A model generated the notes under the pieces. It was not told where the DNA came from and ran no database searches. It was given only the letters and a program-made list of their open reading frames with translations. A program made the translations under genes and the position numbers. Shown in pieces: positions 23,020-36,554 of a DNA stretch of 64,000 nt. This stretch comes from Octopus vulgaris (Eukaryota): positions 23,746,001-23,810,000 of the forward strand of contig OX597820.1 in NCBI GenBank assembly GCA_951406725.2, read 5' to 3'. Numbering within the stretch: position 1 is the stretch's first letter; each line of letters opens with the position of its first letter.

Positions 23020-26000
23020 ATATATATATATATACATTTATAAATACAATTTGCATTTTTACACATTTTTTTTTTCATTAATCAGCTGCTACGAAAATTA
23101 GGCTACTGATATTGTCGATTAGTTAGTGAAATGTTATCACTTAGTTTCTGCTATCTTATCGGTAATGTCTTTATGAACATTCTAATGTAATTGTATTTTT
23201 GTTAAATGTCCACACATTTCCTCATTTATTACATCTAACTACACACCAAATAGCGCAGAAAAAATACAACACAGTAAGTTGTATACATATATACCTCTAC
23301 TCTTGATTATCTTTAGGTTGATCAGATTGAATGTTTTACACACTTGGTACGATAGGAAAACTTTGAAGTAGTTTACAAAGCTGTGAAGTAACTTACTTTT
23401 GTCGTTATATACCTCTACTCTTGATTAGTATCTGGTTCATTAATTATGTTTTTGGCATACTAAACAAGTGTGTCTTCCACTCCACCGACATTGTTTCCTC
23501 ATAACTTAAAACAAAAATGGATATATTTTTAAATGAAATCTTCTACAAAGACCTTTCAAATGGTGTTAAGATTCCGATTTATAAAAACAAAAGTCGGAAG
23601 TGGCAGGCATACTAGTTGTAGATATGTCGTAGTTTCAAACATTAAAAAAAAATATATATATATAACATATAAAAGCAATGCTGTTTAATAAGTTCTTTGT
23701 ACTATTACGAACTCGTTACTTTTATATTTTGCAATTATTTTTACTACTGTTTCCTTACATTTACCCATTTCTGTTCCTGAAACAAACACTTCTCAAATTT
23801 CAGTCTTTCAGCTCGGGTAGAGAGATAATAATTAGGGAGGTGTACTTGCCAGGCAAGGGTGTTGATCTGAGAATGCGTGTTGAACCTAAAACGATTGCAT
23901 CAAATGTTAGCAATCAGGTCGCAGTTTCGAGCAACGAATAATTAGTAGTATCTAATTTTGACACCGTAATACATACAATAAATGTTTAAATGAAGTTAAA
24001 ACACTGTGTTTCTATCCCACCCCGCCATCGTGAAGATATAACTATAAACTTAACGATTTTTCTCTTTTCTGTTTGTTATTCCAGCAATATTTAATTGTAA
24101 GTTTTAAAATATTAGCTTATGTAATAGTTGCCTCTTCCTCGTAGTTAATTAACAACCTTGTTAATTACACAAACCGTTTAATTCAAAAACTTGCTACATA
24201 TCCAAAAGTGCCCCACTGTCACGTGTGCGTACAATTTAACGAATATGTGAAAATTAAATAATTTAAAAACAATTTATTAATACAAAAATACTATTTATGA
24301 TTCTGATTAGGTATACTACATTATCTCAGCACCTGAGCTCTCAATACAACAATTTCTTTCACCTATTTTTTTTCTGGTGAAGTTCAAAATAAGCTCCCTT
24401 CATAACCTTTTTCTCGAAAATTCTCTCAAGAGTTTCAGAACAAGTACCCTCCCATTTTGTATTTTCGATTTCGAAAATTTCGAAATTTTTCTAATTTAAG
24501 CATCAAAGCTTAAGCTTCAACAAAAATAAAACTTGTAAAATTTCACTTTGTTCATCTTTTGTTCTCCCCTCTCATGTATATCGAGATACACAACCAGCCG
24601 ATTACTTAATTTTCTATTTCGTTTTCCTCGAGAATTTTCTGATTTGTTTATAAATTTTAAAAAAATTTGTAGGTTCAAATTATTAATCACACACCTCCAA
24701 TAAAATTCCATTAAATATCTTCACCCTTCTTGTTGTTATAAAAAGCAGTGTGTATGTATACACGTGTTATATTTATCGTCCTTAATAGAAATGGTTGTGA
24801 CAGGGTCATTTCAAATGTTGGCAAACATTCAAATGAGCTTTTTTTAAATGTATATTTAATCTGTTAGGAAGAATCACAGGTGTTTACACTCGTGAAGAAA
24901 CATTTACACAGTTTTAGAAAGTTTTTATTAACCCATGACTACAAAATACTGTTTATATATAGTTAGGGTAGTTTAAAAATTTGAATTAGATCGGTATACA
25001 TTCGCCACCACTAGCCGTCATTATTTTATAATGATGGAAGATTTAGCAGTTTTACGAAAAGGCAGAGCTTAAAAATTGAATTTGTGATTTTTGTTTGTTT
25101 GTTTCCACATTCGTATTTTTCGTTATTTATTTATTTTATTTTGAAGCCACGGAATTCTGGTGGATGTACACCATTTAACCGGCCGTGTTTGGGAGTTTCT
25201 TGGGATTTCTGTTTCAATATGGAAGACTGATTCTGTAGTAATAAAATCAAAATTTCGTTTTTTTTTTTTTTAATTTGCCCCTCCCTCTACCTTTCATTTT
25301 AAAACTTTTTCGACTATTTTTATTGGAAGTTCAGACTTTACGATTCTACCAAATGTATGTTTTCAAAATTTCAAAATAATTTTCTAAGTCGAAAATTATA
25401 AAAAAAAAAAGGGAGTTACAGATAATTTCGCGCTTTCATGCGACAAACTCTGGGTTTCGTAATATCTGTATGTGTACGTCAGGACAATGATATTGCAAAT
25501 TTTATTTTACATATAAATTATGAAAGTTTTTTTTTTTCGTTTTGTTTGTAAAGGCGAAGAATGAAACAGCTTGCATTATTTAGCAGAAGCATATATTATA
25601 TACTATATAGAAAAGCTACACAGAAACATGTTACAAGTTTTATTTTACATATTTTAAAAATCATTGGAGATAAATTTATGCAATATGTTGTTGAAAAACC
25701 ATCTGTGTAGATACAAAACTTAATCAGTGTCGGACTATTTCAGCTCGCTGCTTGATTCATATTAATATTTAAGTTGGTTCCTAATTCGCCCCTTGGAAGA
25801 TTCCACGTTATTTGTACAAATTCCACAAAATAACAAAAATGGCTAATCGTTCTTTCCAAGCAACAACTTAATATTTACATTCTAAGAGGACGTTACTGGG
25901 CCAGAAGAGGCAGGCACGATACAGGTGGTGGAAGTAGGAGAGATGGGTGAATTAAGAGTGGAGGTGGCATGAAACCAGCCACCTCTAAGCAGCAGAGCAA

Positions 26001-26379
26001 TTGTAGTAGCTGTAGAAAAAATAACAAATAAAAGAAATAGCATATCTTTGGTCTAGAGGTTGGTGAACGACTTCATGCCAATCAGTTCCTTTGGTGGGGA
26101 GAGAGGTATGATCTACAATGTATGTGTAGTGGCAGCACAGTCTCCGATGTAGGGACAAGTACTCAATTGTGGGGTCTCACTTGAGATATGTAAAAGGGTA
26201 GTAATGTTTAGAGGCAAAGGTATTTTTAGGCTCTGCAAAAAAAGGCCAGTCTCTGCTATGTTGAGGGTGTGTTCATTTGGAAAGATTTTCATTGATGGCA
26301 GTGAAAGCACTTGTAGAAATACTGGGGCTCCTACTTTAATGCTTTTCATGTTTAGCAGTGAATGGAATATAGTATTGTT

Positions 26380-27010
26380 TTATTTATGTGTTGTAATTAA
26401 AAGAAATTTTTGTGAAGAAGACTGAGTACATGTCCATCAATGAGAATGAAAACCACTTGCCAATTTATTCTGATGATGGCTCCATAACTCAGGGAGGTCA
26501 GTGACTTCAAATACCTTAGGCCTTATGTTGTTCACAGTAAGAAAGGCTTCCTGACACACTAAAGGCAATCCTATGTTACATGTAACAAGCTTCAAAACAT
26601 CTGGCAATCGAGGATTTCAAAGTCAACAATGTTGGCCTTCTCTCTGGGCATTTGTAGAGAGTATTCTTTTCTGTGGAGCTGAAACAGGGATTGTGAAGGA
26701 GCAGCCTCAAGGCTGCTTTGATGGTACATATGCCAAGCTTCTTATGTGTGCTCAGAGCATCTCATTGCATGACCATCAGACCAATGAGAAGGTTTATGGA
26801 TACATTCTACTCATCTCTAGTATCGTTCAATGTAGAGTAGGCTTTGTTTGCCACTGCTATTGTGCTGATCACTTGACCATATCAGATGTTATTTGGATGG
26901 TTCTGCACGATAATAAAGGATGAAAGCCATTCAACTGTATTGTTGCTGTTGGCAGATACATGCAGTATGAAACTGAAAGCCTACAAAAGCTAATGTGGGA
27001 CAGAATTTTG
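26380..27010 (+). mobile_element. Decayed RTE-clade LINE, C-terminal ORF2 region
   Basis: EVSDFKYL, FVESILFCGAET, FDGTYAKLL..ISLHDHQTNEKVYG and RVGFVCHC resemble the RTE post-RT motifs FKYLG, SILLYGAETW, SWxDHITNEE and RLRFAGH. Confidence 0.75.
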
Positions 27011-27249
27011 ATGTGGCAGCCATTTGAAGTGTTTTTGTATTATAGAAAGATGTGACTGGTAAAACTCTTGGATAATGCTTTTGATATTTCTGCTTATGGA
27101 GTCAGTACAGTTATAATGTAAGATAAGGCTAACTCTTTTATGCTTTAACCCTTTAGTGTTTGCATTATTCTGCCAAAATTAATCCTTTTTTATCCACATT
27201 GCTTTGAACTAATCATGGTGTTACTGGTGATGGCATTTAGGTTGTTAAT

Positions 27250-28450
27250 GTATATGGGAGAAGGGAAGAAAACCAAACTATGGGGTACATATAATTTTGG
27301 TAGTGTTGGTCAGAGAGAACTCCATTCATGCATGCTATTGTGGCACCGATCCAGATAAGATGAGATACTGATAAATCTCTCAATTTTGCATGCTATACAT
27401 GAATGTTTGCATCAGATTTTTTGAGGGCAAGCACTCATTGACTAGTAATGTAGAAGAATAGATGTCCAGTGAATTTGGTTTTGCAGAAACCATACTGGTG
27501 GTAATTTAAGAGGATGAGATAATTAACATTTCGGAGAATGTGGCTGTTAATGATTGTCTCCTTCATCTTTGAGATATTGCAAGTAGCTATTACAACAATA
27601 TTTGCTAGGGTCAGAAAAGGTACTCTTCTTAAAGAGGAACATACTGTAACATGGGTTCCAAAGATCTAGATGGGTCCCGAAAGAAGAGATTGAAGAGTTT
27701 GGTGAGGATAAGAGTTCACTAAGGGCACATAGTTTGGAGGAGGTGTCAAGGCAGTGGCCTGTTACTTTGATGCGAGGTACTTCCACCCTTGGTATGTATG
27801 TCATGTAGTGAGCCTCATAGGATAGAAAGGGATAGGTTAGAAGATATATTCCAGTGTGTACAGCATGGTGTTGGATGCTATGTGGACAGCAAATATGTAG
27901 GCTTTCTCTACGAGAATTACTTATAGAACCTTCATAGGTGAGATGTGGAGGGATATAAAGAGAATTCTGCCAAGTTAATAGAAATACTTTTTGGTCAAGG
28001 ATTAAAAGTTTTGGTTGGAGAGAGCCTATAGGGTGTGTGATGCATGGAAGCAAGAAAGTTCTGCTGTGTTGTGTGTATATGGGTGATTCTTGTGTGTGAC
28101 ATTTCAAAGAGTAGAAAACTAATGACATATGCATAGGAGGGTGTGTGTGTGTGATTAGAGTGAAAAAAGCAAAAAGTATCATTAGTGTACAGGAGGAAGA
28201 GTCTTTGTTTATGTCAGATTTGATGAAATGTAAGTTTGAGCGAGAGATCAAATAGCACTCTGTGATAGAGCAGGAAATTTCCATTCTAAGAGATATGAGA
28301 CAAATGGAATCAATAAGCATGCAACTTTAGATATTCTGATGTCAGAGTTGACCAATTGTTGATATTGAAAGGCAACTATATTGCTCAAAATAAGGGCAAC
28401 CATTTGTGTATTAGAGAGTGTTAGGTTTGGCTCAACAGAAACTGTACATG
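27250..28450 (-). mobile_element. Heavily decayed retroelement, possibly Penelope-like RT
   Basis: Weak motif relics on the minus strand (GCPxILSN resembling GRPIVS; LAEF resembling LAELVL). The 257-aa ORF itself has no recognisable domain. Confidence 0.3.
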
Positions 28451-29502
28451 TGGTCACTGAACTTAAGAGCTTAACCTTTTAGCGTTTAAACCAACCATAT
28501 CTAACTCAGATATTATACCAGTGTTATGTTCAAACTGGCCAGATCTGGTCTTTCACACCTACCCCACAATGTCATGGTAAAAATAATCCCATCATTGAAA
28601 TCTTGAAGCTATGGGATAATGCATGATTAATTCAAATAAGCATTACATTTGACATTGTAATTTGAATGCTAGCAGATTAAGGTAATAAAATTAGGTGGAT
28701 TTACAACTATTGCCATTAATCAGTAGAGAGAGATGTGCTTAGTAAGGGCCGGAGATGAGCAACAGAGCAGATTGTATCATGACAAGTCAAAGTTTGTGTA
28801 AACTAACAAGTTCTTTGTATTTGGTGTATCTGGTAGTGAGACACTGGCCTTGGTGTGTTTACATTCCCATAACTTAGTGGTTTAGCAAAGAAACTGATGG
28901 AGTATGTGCAAGGCTTAAAAAATAACTCCTGTGATTGCTTTGTAAAACCCTTCAAGGTGGTGCTCCAGCATAGCTGCAGTCAAATGACTAAAACAAATAA
29001 ACACACACACACACACACACATATACTCATACACACAATAGGCTTCCACTCAGTTTCTTGCTATCAGATTCACTCAAAGGCATTTGTTGACCCATGGCTA
29101 CTGTAGGGGACACTTGCCCAAGTGTCACAATCTTATTGATATGTAAGGTATATTGATAAAGAATTGAATTAAACCAAAAGGCAGGAAGCCTTGAATCGTT
29201 ATTTACTACAAGAATGTGTGATTTTACTGGGTGTCTGTAGCCAATGATGAAGTTAAAGTTAGGCTTGAGCTCTCTATCATCATCATCATCATTTAGTGTC
29301 CATTTTCTATGCTGGCATGGGTTGGACAGTTTGACTGGAACTGGTAAACTGGAGAGCTATATCAGCCTGGTTTGGTTTGGTGTCTATGGGTGGATTCTTT
29401 CTTCATGCCAGCTACTCCAAGAGTGTAGTGAGTGCCTTTTGTGTACTGCTGGCATGGATGCCTTTTGTGTATATATTTCACATTCCATTGCTCTTTATAA
29501 TT

Positions 29503-29524
29503 TTATACTTTTCTATTATTTCAG
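29503..29524 (+). promoter_or_regulatory. Probable 3' splice acceptor of the gene 2 coding exon
   Basis: ttatacttttctattatttcAG|gg, homologous to the gene 1 acceptor. Confidence 0.7.
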
Positions 29525-29577
29525 GGAATCTCTCGCGAATGGTCATGGAATGAAAAGAGGTTAGATGTGGCTGGAAG

Positions 29578-29616
29578 ATGATTTCATCAAAAAGACATGT
29601 GACATCAATGGTATAA
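29578..29616 (+). promoter_or_regulatory. 12-codon upstream ORF (MISSKRHVTSMV*) in gene 2 leader
   Basis: ATG 29578 to TAA 29614-29616, followed by tcttgaag, like ccttgaag in the paralogs. Confidence 0.55.
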
Positions 29617-29685
29617 TCTTGAAGTAATTTCTAAAATTATTAAGAAAAGATTTACGTTTATAGTTTCTGACTGGCAGACAACACT

Positions 29686-31491
29686 ATGGAGGAAACCGCA
29701 TGTAAGAGTGAGGTTCCTACTGAAACAGACACTCATAAGAAAGATTTATCTCCTAAGATGCAGATTGAGGCAGTGAAGAAATCACACACTTGCGATGTGT
29801 GTTTCAAGCTCTTCAATGACATTGAAAGTTTGACAAATCACAAATATATCCACATAGATAAAAAGCCGTACAAGTGTGACACCTGTGATAAAACATTCTC
29901 ACGGAAAACTAAATTAACTCTCCATGAACTTACACATGTGAGTGAAAGCCCAAGCTATTGTGATGTCTGTGGCAAAACATTCTTGTCATTAGACAGTTTA
30001 TGTAATCATAAATGTATCTCGCCAGAGATTAAGGTGTACCATTGTGATATCTGTGGTAAGAAATTTTCTAAAAGTAAAATGTTAGCTAGCCATAAGTGCA
30101 CTCACACCGATGAGAAACCATACGAATGTGATATCTGTGGTAAGGTGTTCTCTAAACTTGTGAGTTTAAATTATCACAAACATATTCACTCAGGAGAGAA
30201 ACCATTCAAATGTGATAGCTGTAGTAGTGCATTTTCTCGGAAAGAATACTTGAAACGTCACAGGCGTATTCATACTGGGGAAAAGCCATATGAATGTGAC
30301 ATCTGTGGTAAATCATTCTCTGGTAGTGCAAATCTAACTTGTCATAAGCGCAAACATACAGGTGAAAAACCATACGAGTGTAATATCTGTGGTAAAACAT
30401 TCTCAACAACTGGAAATTTATCTTGCCATAAACGTATTCATTCGGATAAGAAGCCATACAAGTGTGATATCTGTGGTAAAGCATTCTCTCAAAGTGGACA
30501 CTTAACTAATCATCAAACTGTTCACACAGGTGAGAAACCATTCAGCTGTGATTTCTGCGGTAAAACATTTTCAATTACTGGAGATTTAACTCGTCACAGA
30601 CGCATTCACACTGTTGAGAGACCTTTCCCGTGTGATGTCTGTGATAAAAAGTTCACAACCAATGAAAATTTAGCTTCTCATAAACTTATTCACTCAGAGA
30701 AATCTCATGAGTGTGATGTCTGTAGTAAGATATTCTCAAGGAAAAGATATTTAATTAGACACAAACGTATCCACAATAAGAAGAAACCTTACAACTGTGA
30801 TATCTGTGGTAAATCATTCCCTATCCATGCAGATTTTGCTATTCACAAGCATGTTCACACTGGTCAGAAATTGCACAAGTGTGATATCTGTAATAAAGTA
30901 TTTGCGCAGAAGAGGTATTTACTTAGGCACAGACGTACTCATAAAGGTGAGGAGTCTTACCAAAGTAATGATGTCTCTGGTGAAAAATTAACTGAAACTG
31001 AAAATTCAACACCTCTTAATAAAGATACTCCCACAGACAACTCAAACCAGTGTGATGTCTGTGGTAAAGTATTTGCACTGAAAAGATATTTAATTAGGCA
31101 CAAACACATTCACACAAAGGATTACCATTGTGACATATGTGGTAAAACATTCTCTCGAAATTACTATTTGGTGCTTCATAAACGTACTCACAATGGAGAA
31201 AAACCATATTCTTGTGATATTTGTGGTAAGACATTCTCTACAAGTAACATTTTAACAGAGCATAAATGTATTCACGCAAATGAACAACCATACCAAAATG
31301 ATGTCTATTGTAACCAATTCTCACATAACAATACTATAGATACCCACCATCAGAAAAGTAAAGAATTCTTTAGTGCACCACAAAGCCTGGAAGCTCCCAT
31401 GCCTCCCAAACTGCAGCAGAGTCATTTGGTTCCTTGCCAAGAGAATTCATGGAATCCTCCACCTCACCAATATACAACACACCCGCTGTAA
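29686..31491 (+). CDS. Tandem C2H2 zinc-finger protein, gene 2 (601 aa; 16 intact fingers, one lacking its last His, 2 degenerate, Pro/Gln-rich tail)
   Basis: Long ORF with C2H2 repeats and TGEKPY linkers; fingers 1-10 are collinear with gene 1. Confidence 0.95.
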   Translation: MEETACKSEVPTETDTHKKDLSPKMQIEAVKKSHTCDVCFKLFNDIESLTNHKYIHIDKKPYKCDTCDKTFSRKTKLTLHELTHVSESPSYCDVCGKTFLSLDSLCNHKCISPEIKVYHCDICGKKFSKSKMLASHKCTHTDEKPYECDICGKVFSKLVSLNYHKHIHSGEKPFKCDSCSSAFSRKEYLKRHRRIHTGEKPYECDICGKSFSGSANLTCHKRKHTGEKPYECNICGKTFSTTGNLSCHKRIHSDKKPYKCDICGKAFSQSGHLTNHQTVHTGEKPFSCDFCGKTFSITGDLTRHRRIHTVERPFPCDVCDKKFTTNENLASHKLIHSEKSHECDVCSKIFSRKRYLIRHKRIHNKKKPYNCDICGKSFPIHADFAIHKHVHTGQKLHKCDICNKVFAQKRYLLRHRRTHKGEESYQSNDVSGEKLTETENSTPLNKDTPTDNSNQCDVCGKVFALKRYLIRHKHIHTKDYHCDICGKTFSRNYYLVLHKRTHNGEKPYSCDICGKTFSTSNILTEHKCIHANEQPYQNDVYCNQFSHNNTIDTHHQKSKEFFSAPQSLEAPMPPKLQQSHLVPCQENSWNPPPHQYTTHPL

Positions 31492-31708
31492 AAACTTCTA
31501 CATTTGTTGTGTGTATCATTTCAAGTTCTACACTGACCTCAGCAAATCTTCTTCATGATGCCTCCTGCTTCACTACCACAAATACAGCCGTTTTAAAAAG
31601 AAACACTTGTGCAGATGAATCCAGCCATCATTCTTGAAATTTCTCCATGTAGCAACATCCATGTTCAAACTAAACACCTCACATCGGGATTCATGAAAGC
31701 ATCATTAA

Positions 31709-31929
31709 CCCTTTCGTTACCAACCTGGCTGCAACTGGCTCTGGCTCTGTTGTACAAATGTTTTGTTTTCATAAGTTTTGAATTAAAATCTTCTACCAAA
31801 CCTTAGTCACAATTTGTATTCCTATGATGAGCTGAATGATAACTAAGTTATTTTACTAATTTTTTTGTTATATTTAAAGTAATTGAAAGAAACACAGAGC
31901 ATCTCAAAATAAATACAGTAACAAAAGGG
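31709..31929 (-). mobile_element. 221-bp piggyBac-like MITE, same family, inverted, downstream of gene 2
   Basis: TTAA|ccctttcgttac ... gtaacaaaaggg|TTAA; internal sequence is the reverse complement of 16961-17181. Confidence 0.9.
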
Positions 31930-32417
31930 TTAAGAAGAAATATACTGCAACATGGTGTCTTTCATCAGCACAAAGAAATAAATCAGTAAAAGTCTTGAAC
32001 TTCATCTTCACTGATCTTGACCAACAGACAACTGGAAGCCTTAAAGTCCCCCAAAAATACAAGGCATCTCAGTCTTGAGTGATTTCCCATGGCAATCTCT
32101 TGCACTAAAATACTTCACCTAATTTACTGCCTGGATCTGCAGCCTACTGTGGGCATAAAGATACTTGGAGTGAGACCCAACTAATTTCTAAAAATCACTG
32201 GTTCACAGCCTCTTCATTTAGATTTAATGACAATAAGTATCCAGAATTAATCATCAAGTGGTGTAGATATGACGAAAAATGCAAACTTAGATTTGCATAG
32301 TCATGAGGACACAATATAAACTCTAAAAATGCTTGACCTGAAGTCATTTCAGAAGGTGACCAAATGTATTTTTGAGGAAATGAACTTTGCTCTGTAGTGT
32401 GTGCATAATTTTTTCTT

Positions 32418-32680
32418 ATACCATTGTGATATCTATGGTAAAACATTCGTGTGGAACAGGCATTTTATTTGGCTCCTTAGCATAACCATGCAGTCGATAA
32501 ATTATATGTTTATACTGTGATAAAATGCAGTATAAAATTCTCACTGACCAATACATTAACGCTTTGTAAACATACTTGTAGAGGTCATATTTTTCTGGTA
32601 AAATATTCACTAGTAACTGTCTTTTTTTTAAATTTTTAACTAATCTCAAATATATTAACCCCAGTGGTGAAACTACTGTT
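32418..32680 (+). pseudogene. Decayed zinc-finger repeats downstream of gene 2
   Basis: taccattgtgatatctatggtaaaacattc (YHCDIYGKTF) and further relics (ggtaaaatattc, ggtgaaac). Confidence 0.7.
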
Positions 32681-34589
32681 GTCATAACTGGAGATCATTG
32701 CATGATGAGAAAGAAACTGTTGCATCATAATAATGTATAATAATAGGGTGCCTATAGATGTTTTATATCAGAATTTATAGTAAATCTTGGGGGAAATGGA
32801 TGAAGTAGTATATTGTGTTATTGTGACATTTTGATAGAATGATGTTAGAGAATGTCCTTTGTATCACATGTATGCGAGATATATTTCCCTGGTGTCTATC
32901 CATCACATATAATATGCATTTCCAATTTTTTCAACTACCACAATAAAAATGGTTTAATGAAAAATCTGAAAACTAGCTTGGACATTTAGGACAGACCCAC
33001 AGAAATGGTTTGGACAGGTGAAAAGTTTTAAAAAAAAAACCCCAAAAAAATAAACATTTTACTATTCTTAACATGCAAAATATTCTGTTTTGTCATTAGC
33101 AGATTTTACTTATGGTTCAGGTCTAACAAATAGTATAAAATAATATATATTGAAATGTAATTTCATAAATATGATTTATTCCTTTGGAAGTATTTCCATA
33201 TTATATTCTTCCACTAGATTTTTAAATTTTTGCCTCTAAATTGAAAGTAGGTTAAGGATATTTTTGTATCTTTTATTCCAGAACCCTCCACAAACTGAAT
33301 GTAAACTGCTGTTTTAAACATAGCCATTTGCTTGGTGAATTCTTAAATGATATAAATTTTGTATGTAATTTGCAATTGTATTTGATATAAATGTATGAAT
33401 TTGTCTGTAAATTGATGCTATTTGAAAAATGCATTGTTTGCAATTCAAATTTTACTTTGGATTAACTTTAATAATAATTAGTCTTGTATGAACGTTGTTA
33501 ATTGTCACTCACAGCAGACAATAAATGTATATTTTGAAAAATGAATTGTTTTTTCATGTAACATTTTGTTCTTCAAAAGATTGTTTCTCATGGAATATTG
33601 TCTATAAAAATATAAAGTGCCAATGAAAATAAATGTATTTATATAAAGAAATATGTGAAGTATAAAGAATAAATAAAATATATGAAATTATTTGAAAATA
33701 CAAGTATGCCCATCTTTGCTTTACTTTGTAAAAAAATTATTTTCAGTGTTTTTTTGTTTTTTATTCAATTTTTGTCTTCCTAAAAGTTGCAGCCTTTTTC
33801 AAGTTTTTCTGTTGTTCAGATCTCAGGGAAGCAGTTAAACAGATAGGAAGACTAGGTGCAAGCAAAGTCCTATAAAAGATACAGACTAACTCAGGACATC
33901 AGATATGCTAAATGTAGAGGTTTGATTCAAACCTTATTAGTAATGAGAGTATTTGATGAAATATTACATAGTAAGAAAGTAAAGTTATTGACTATGTTGT
34001 TTGCAATAATGGTTTCTCTTTGCTTATGGGTGACAGATATGAAGTTTGTGTAGGGAATGAAGGACCATGGAATTCAAACCTAAATCTTCTTCAGAGATGA
34101 GAGCTGATTTGTTAGATTTACATCATAATGCATGAGAGGCTGAGTACAAGTGAAATGAAATTCTACAGACATGACTAATGTCATTAGATATTGATTTCAG
34201 ATTTTTGGTAGAAGGCCAGCAATTTTTTGCAAGGCAGGGCAACTCAAATTACATCGATCTTGGTGCTCAACTGGTACTTACTTTATTGACCGTGAAAGGC
34301 AAAGTTGATCTCAGCAGAATTTGAACTAAGAATGTAAAGACATGAAACACTGCTAAGCTTTTTGCCAGGCATGTTAACGATTCTGCCAGCTTGCTGCCTT
34401 GATGCCATTAGATATTATGAGGATTACTTAGTGAAGATGAAGATATGGGGAGTGCTAGCTGAAAAGAGAAAAATAGTGTTTTGTATTTATTTCTACAATG
34501 AAAAGAGCCAATGCAATGAAAGTTGGAATATCTTTGTTACATCATATGAGCTATCTTGCATTTCATGTCTGCTGTTAACCAAATATGAA

Positions 34590-34990
34590 TCATCATCATC
34601 ATCATCGTTTAACGCCTGTTTTCCATGCTAGAATGGGTTGGACGGTTCGGTAAGGTCTGGGAAGCCAGGAGGCTGCACCAGGCTCCAGTGTGATCTGGCA
34701 GTGTTTCTACAGCTGGATGCCCTTCCTAATGCCAACCACTCTGTGAGTGTAGTGGGTGCTTTTTACATGCCTCTGACACAGGTGCCAGGGGCGGCTGGCA
34801 ATGGCCACGATCGGTTGCTGCTTTTTACGTGCCACCGGGATGGAAGCCAGTCAAGGCGTCACTGGCATCGGCCACGTTCGGATGGTGCTTTTTACGTGCC
34901 ACCGGCACAGGTATCACAACTACAATTTCCATTTGATTTTTATTTTGATGTTGATGTACTTGACTCAATAGGTCTCCTCACGCACAGCAA
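34590..34990 (-). mobile_element. Retroposon family C
   Basis: Same motifs as 12429-12725. Confidence 0.8.
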
Positions 34991-35505
34991 ATCTGTATTA
35001 TAATGAGTGATTTCACTATCTGGATAAGGAAGAGCTAGATTTGTTATAAATGTATTAATAACAGTCTATTACTCTTCACTTAAAACATTCACAAAATCAC
35101 CTGGGCATTAGATGACACTATGCTCAGTATCAATGCAACTAGACCAGCATTACTTCTCTTACATATGCAAGTGTATCATTATTTAAAACAGTTATGAGAA
35201 AACTACAGCCCATGGGATTTACTGAATTGCCTTGAACTTTTTTTTAGCAGTGTGGCTCACCTGATGATGAGCCATGTCTCATGTGGTCTGCTTCTGATTT
35301 AACCCTTTGCTTCGCGGCATTTCTTCCGGCTCTTTGTATTCTGTGTTCAAATTCCACTGAGGTCAACTTTGCCTTTCATCCTTTTGGAGCAGATAAATTA
35401 AGCACCAGTTGAGTACTGGAGGCAGTACTAACCCCGCCCAGCAAAATTACTGACCTTGTGCTAGAATTTGGAAGGTAGAAAGGACTAACCCAGATTACAT
35501 ACATA

Positions 35506-36069
35506 CAAGGGCCTGCTGGAAAGTTCCTTGTTTTGGGTAAAAGAAAATACAGGAGGGTCAGTTAATTATGATTTTATATAACATGCGTCACCTTACTAGC
35601 AGATCGTTACCGTGTCGCCTTACTAGCGCTTGTGCTGGTGGCACATGAAACATTTGAGCGAGGTCGTCGCCAGTGTCGCTGGACTGGCTCCTGTGCAGGT
35701 GGCACATAAAAAGCACTATTTGGGCGTGGCCGTTGCCAGGACCACTAAACTGGCCCTCGTGCTGGTGGCACGTAAAAGCACCCACTACACTCTCGGAGTG
35801 GTTGGCTTTAGGAAGGGCATCCAGCTGTAGAAACACTGCCAGATCAGATTGAAGTCTGGTTCGCCAGACCTCAGTCAAATTGTCCAACCCATGCTAGCAT
35901 GGAAAGCGGACGTTAAATGATGATGATGATGATTTCCCTCGCAGGTTCACACACTTATTGCAGCAGTCCTTCAGCTTTTGAAAGCCCTGTAAAAGAACTC
36001 AGAAGATTGGGTCTCCAACCAGGCCTTTTGCGATAATCTTAAAGCAAGGAGCTTTTCAGCGCCCCCTCG
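35506..36069. mobile_element. Mariner-like MITE (family of 11800-12018, inverted) split by a SINE-C insertion at about 35585-35933
   Basis: ta|caagggcctgctggaaagttcc ... ggagcttttcagcgccccctcg|ta; the two halves reconstitute the reverse complement of 11800-12018. Confidence 0.75.
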
Positions 36070-36554
36070 TACATACACACGCTCATACATGCATGCATAC
36101 TACATACCTATTTGTGTTCTATTACCCTATAGAACACAAGTAATGTTAATCTTACCTGAAGAAGTGCTAGCTCAAATTTTCACACACTGAAATAACTCCC
36201 CCTCTGAAAATCAGTGATAGGTGTTAAAGACTGTCCCAAACACGACTAGATCCTTCTCTTCGAGTCTCTCCTACATAACTACTAGCAGTATTCCTTTAGA
36301 GTCACATGTACCGGAAACATACTTCATCTTGCATTCGTGGTCTTCCACTCTTGAGAAATTCAGAAAAAGCAATTTTGCTGTTATTGATAACAAGCAAAGT
36401 CCTTGGTGTAAATTTTCTCCTCCAAGACCTGATTCTCAAGGTGGGAGTGTAAGTAAGTAACAAGTGAATAAACTGCAATAAAGTTTAATTAAAACTTTTG
36501 AATATAAATATACACACACACACATATATATACAATAAATTATATATTATACTG

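Noticed and set aside
22681-23101. Many 60-120 aa ORFs rich in YI/HT/CV (also about 52450-57500 and 60860-61960)
   Set aside because: Translations of (TA)n/(CA)n microsatellites and SINEs, not genes.
27547-28320. 257-aa minus-strand ORF as a host gene
   Set aside because: No domain, non-ATG start, and it lies in sequence resembling decayed retroelement.
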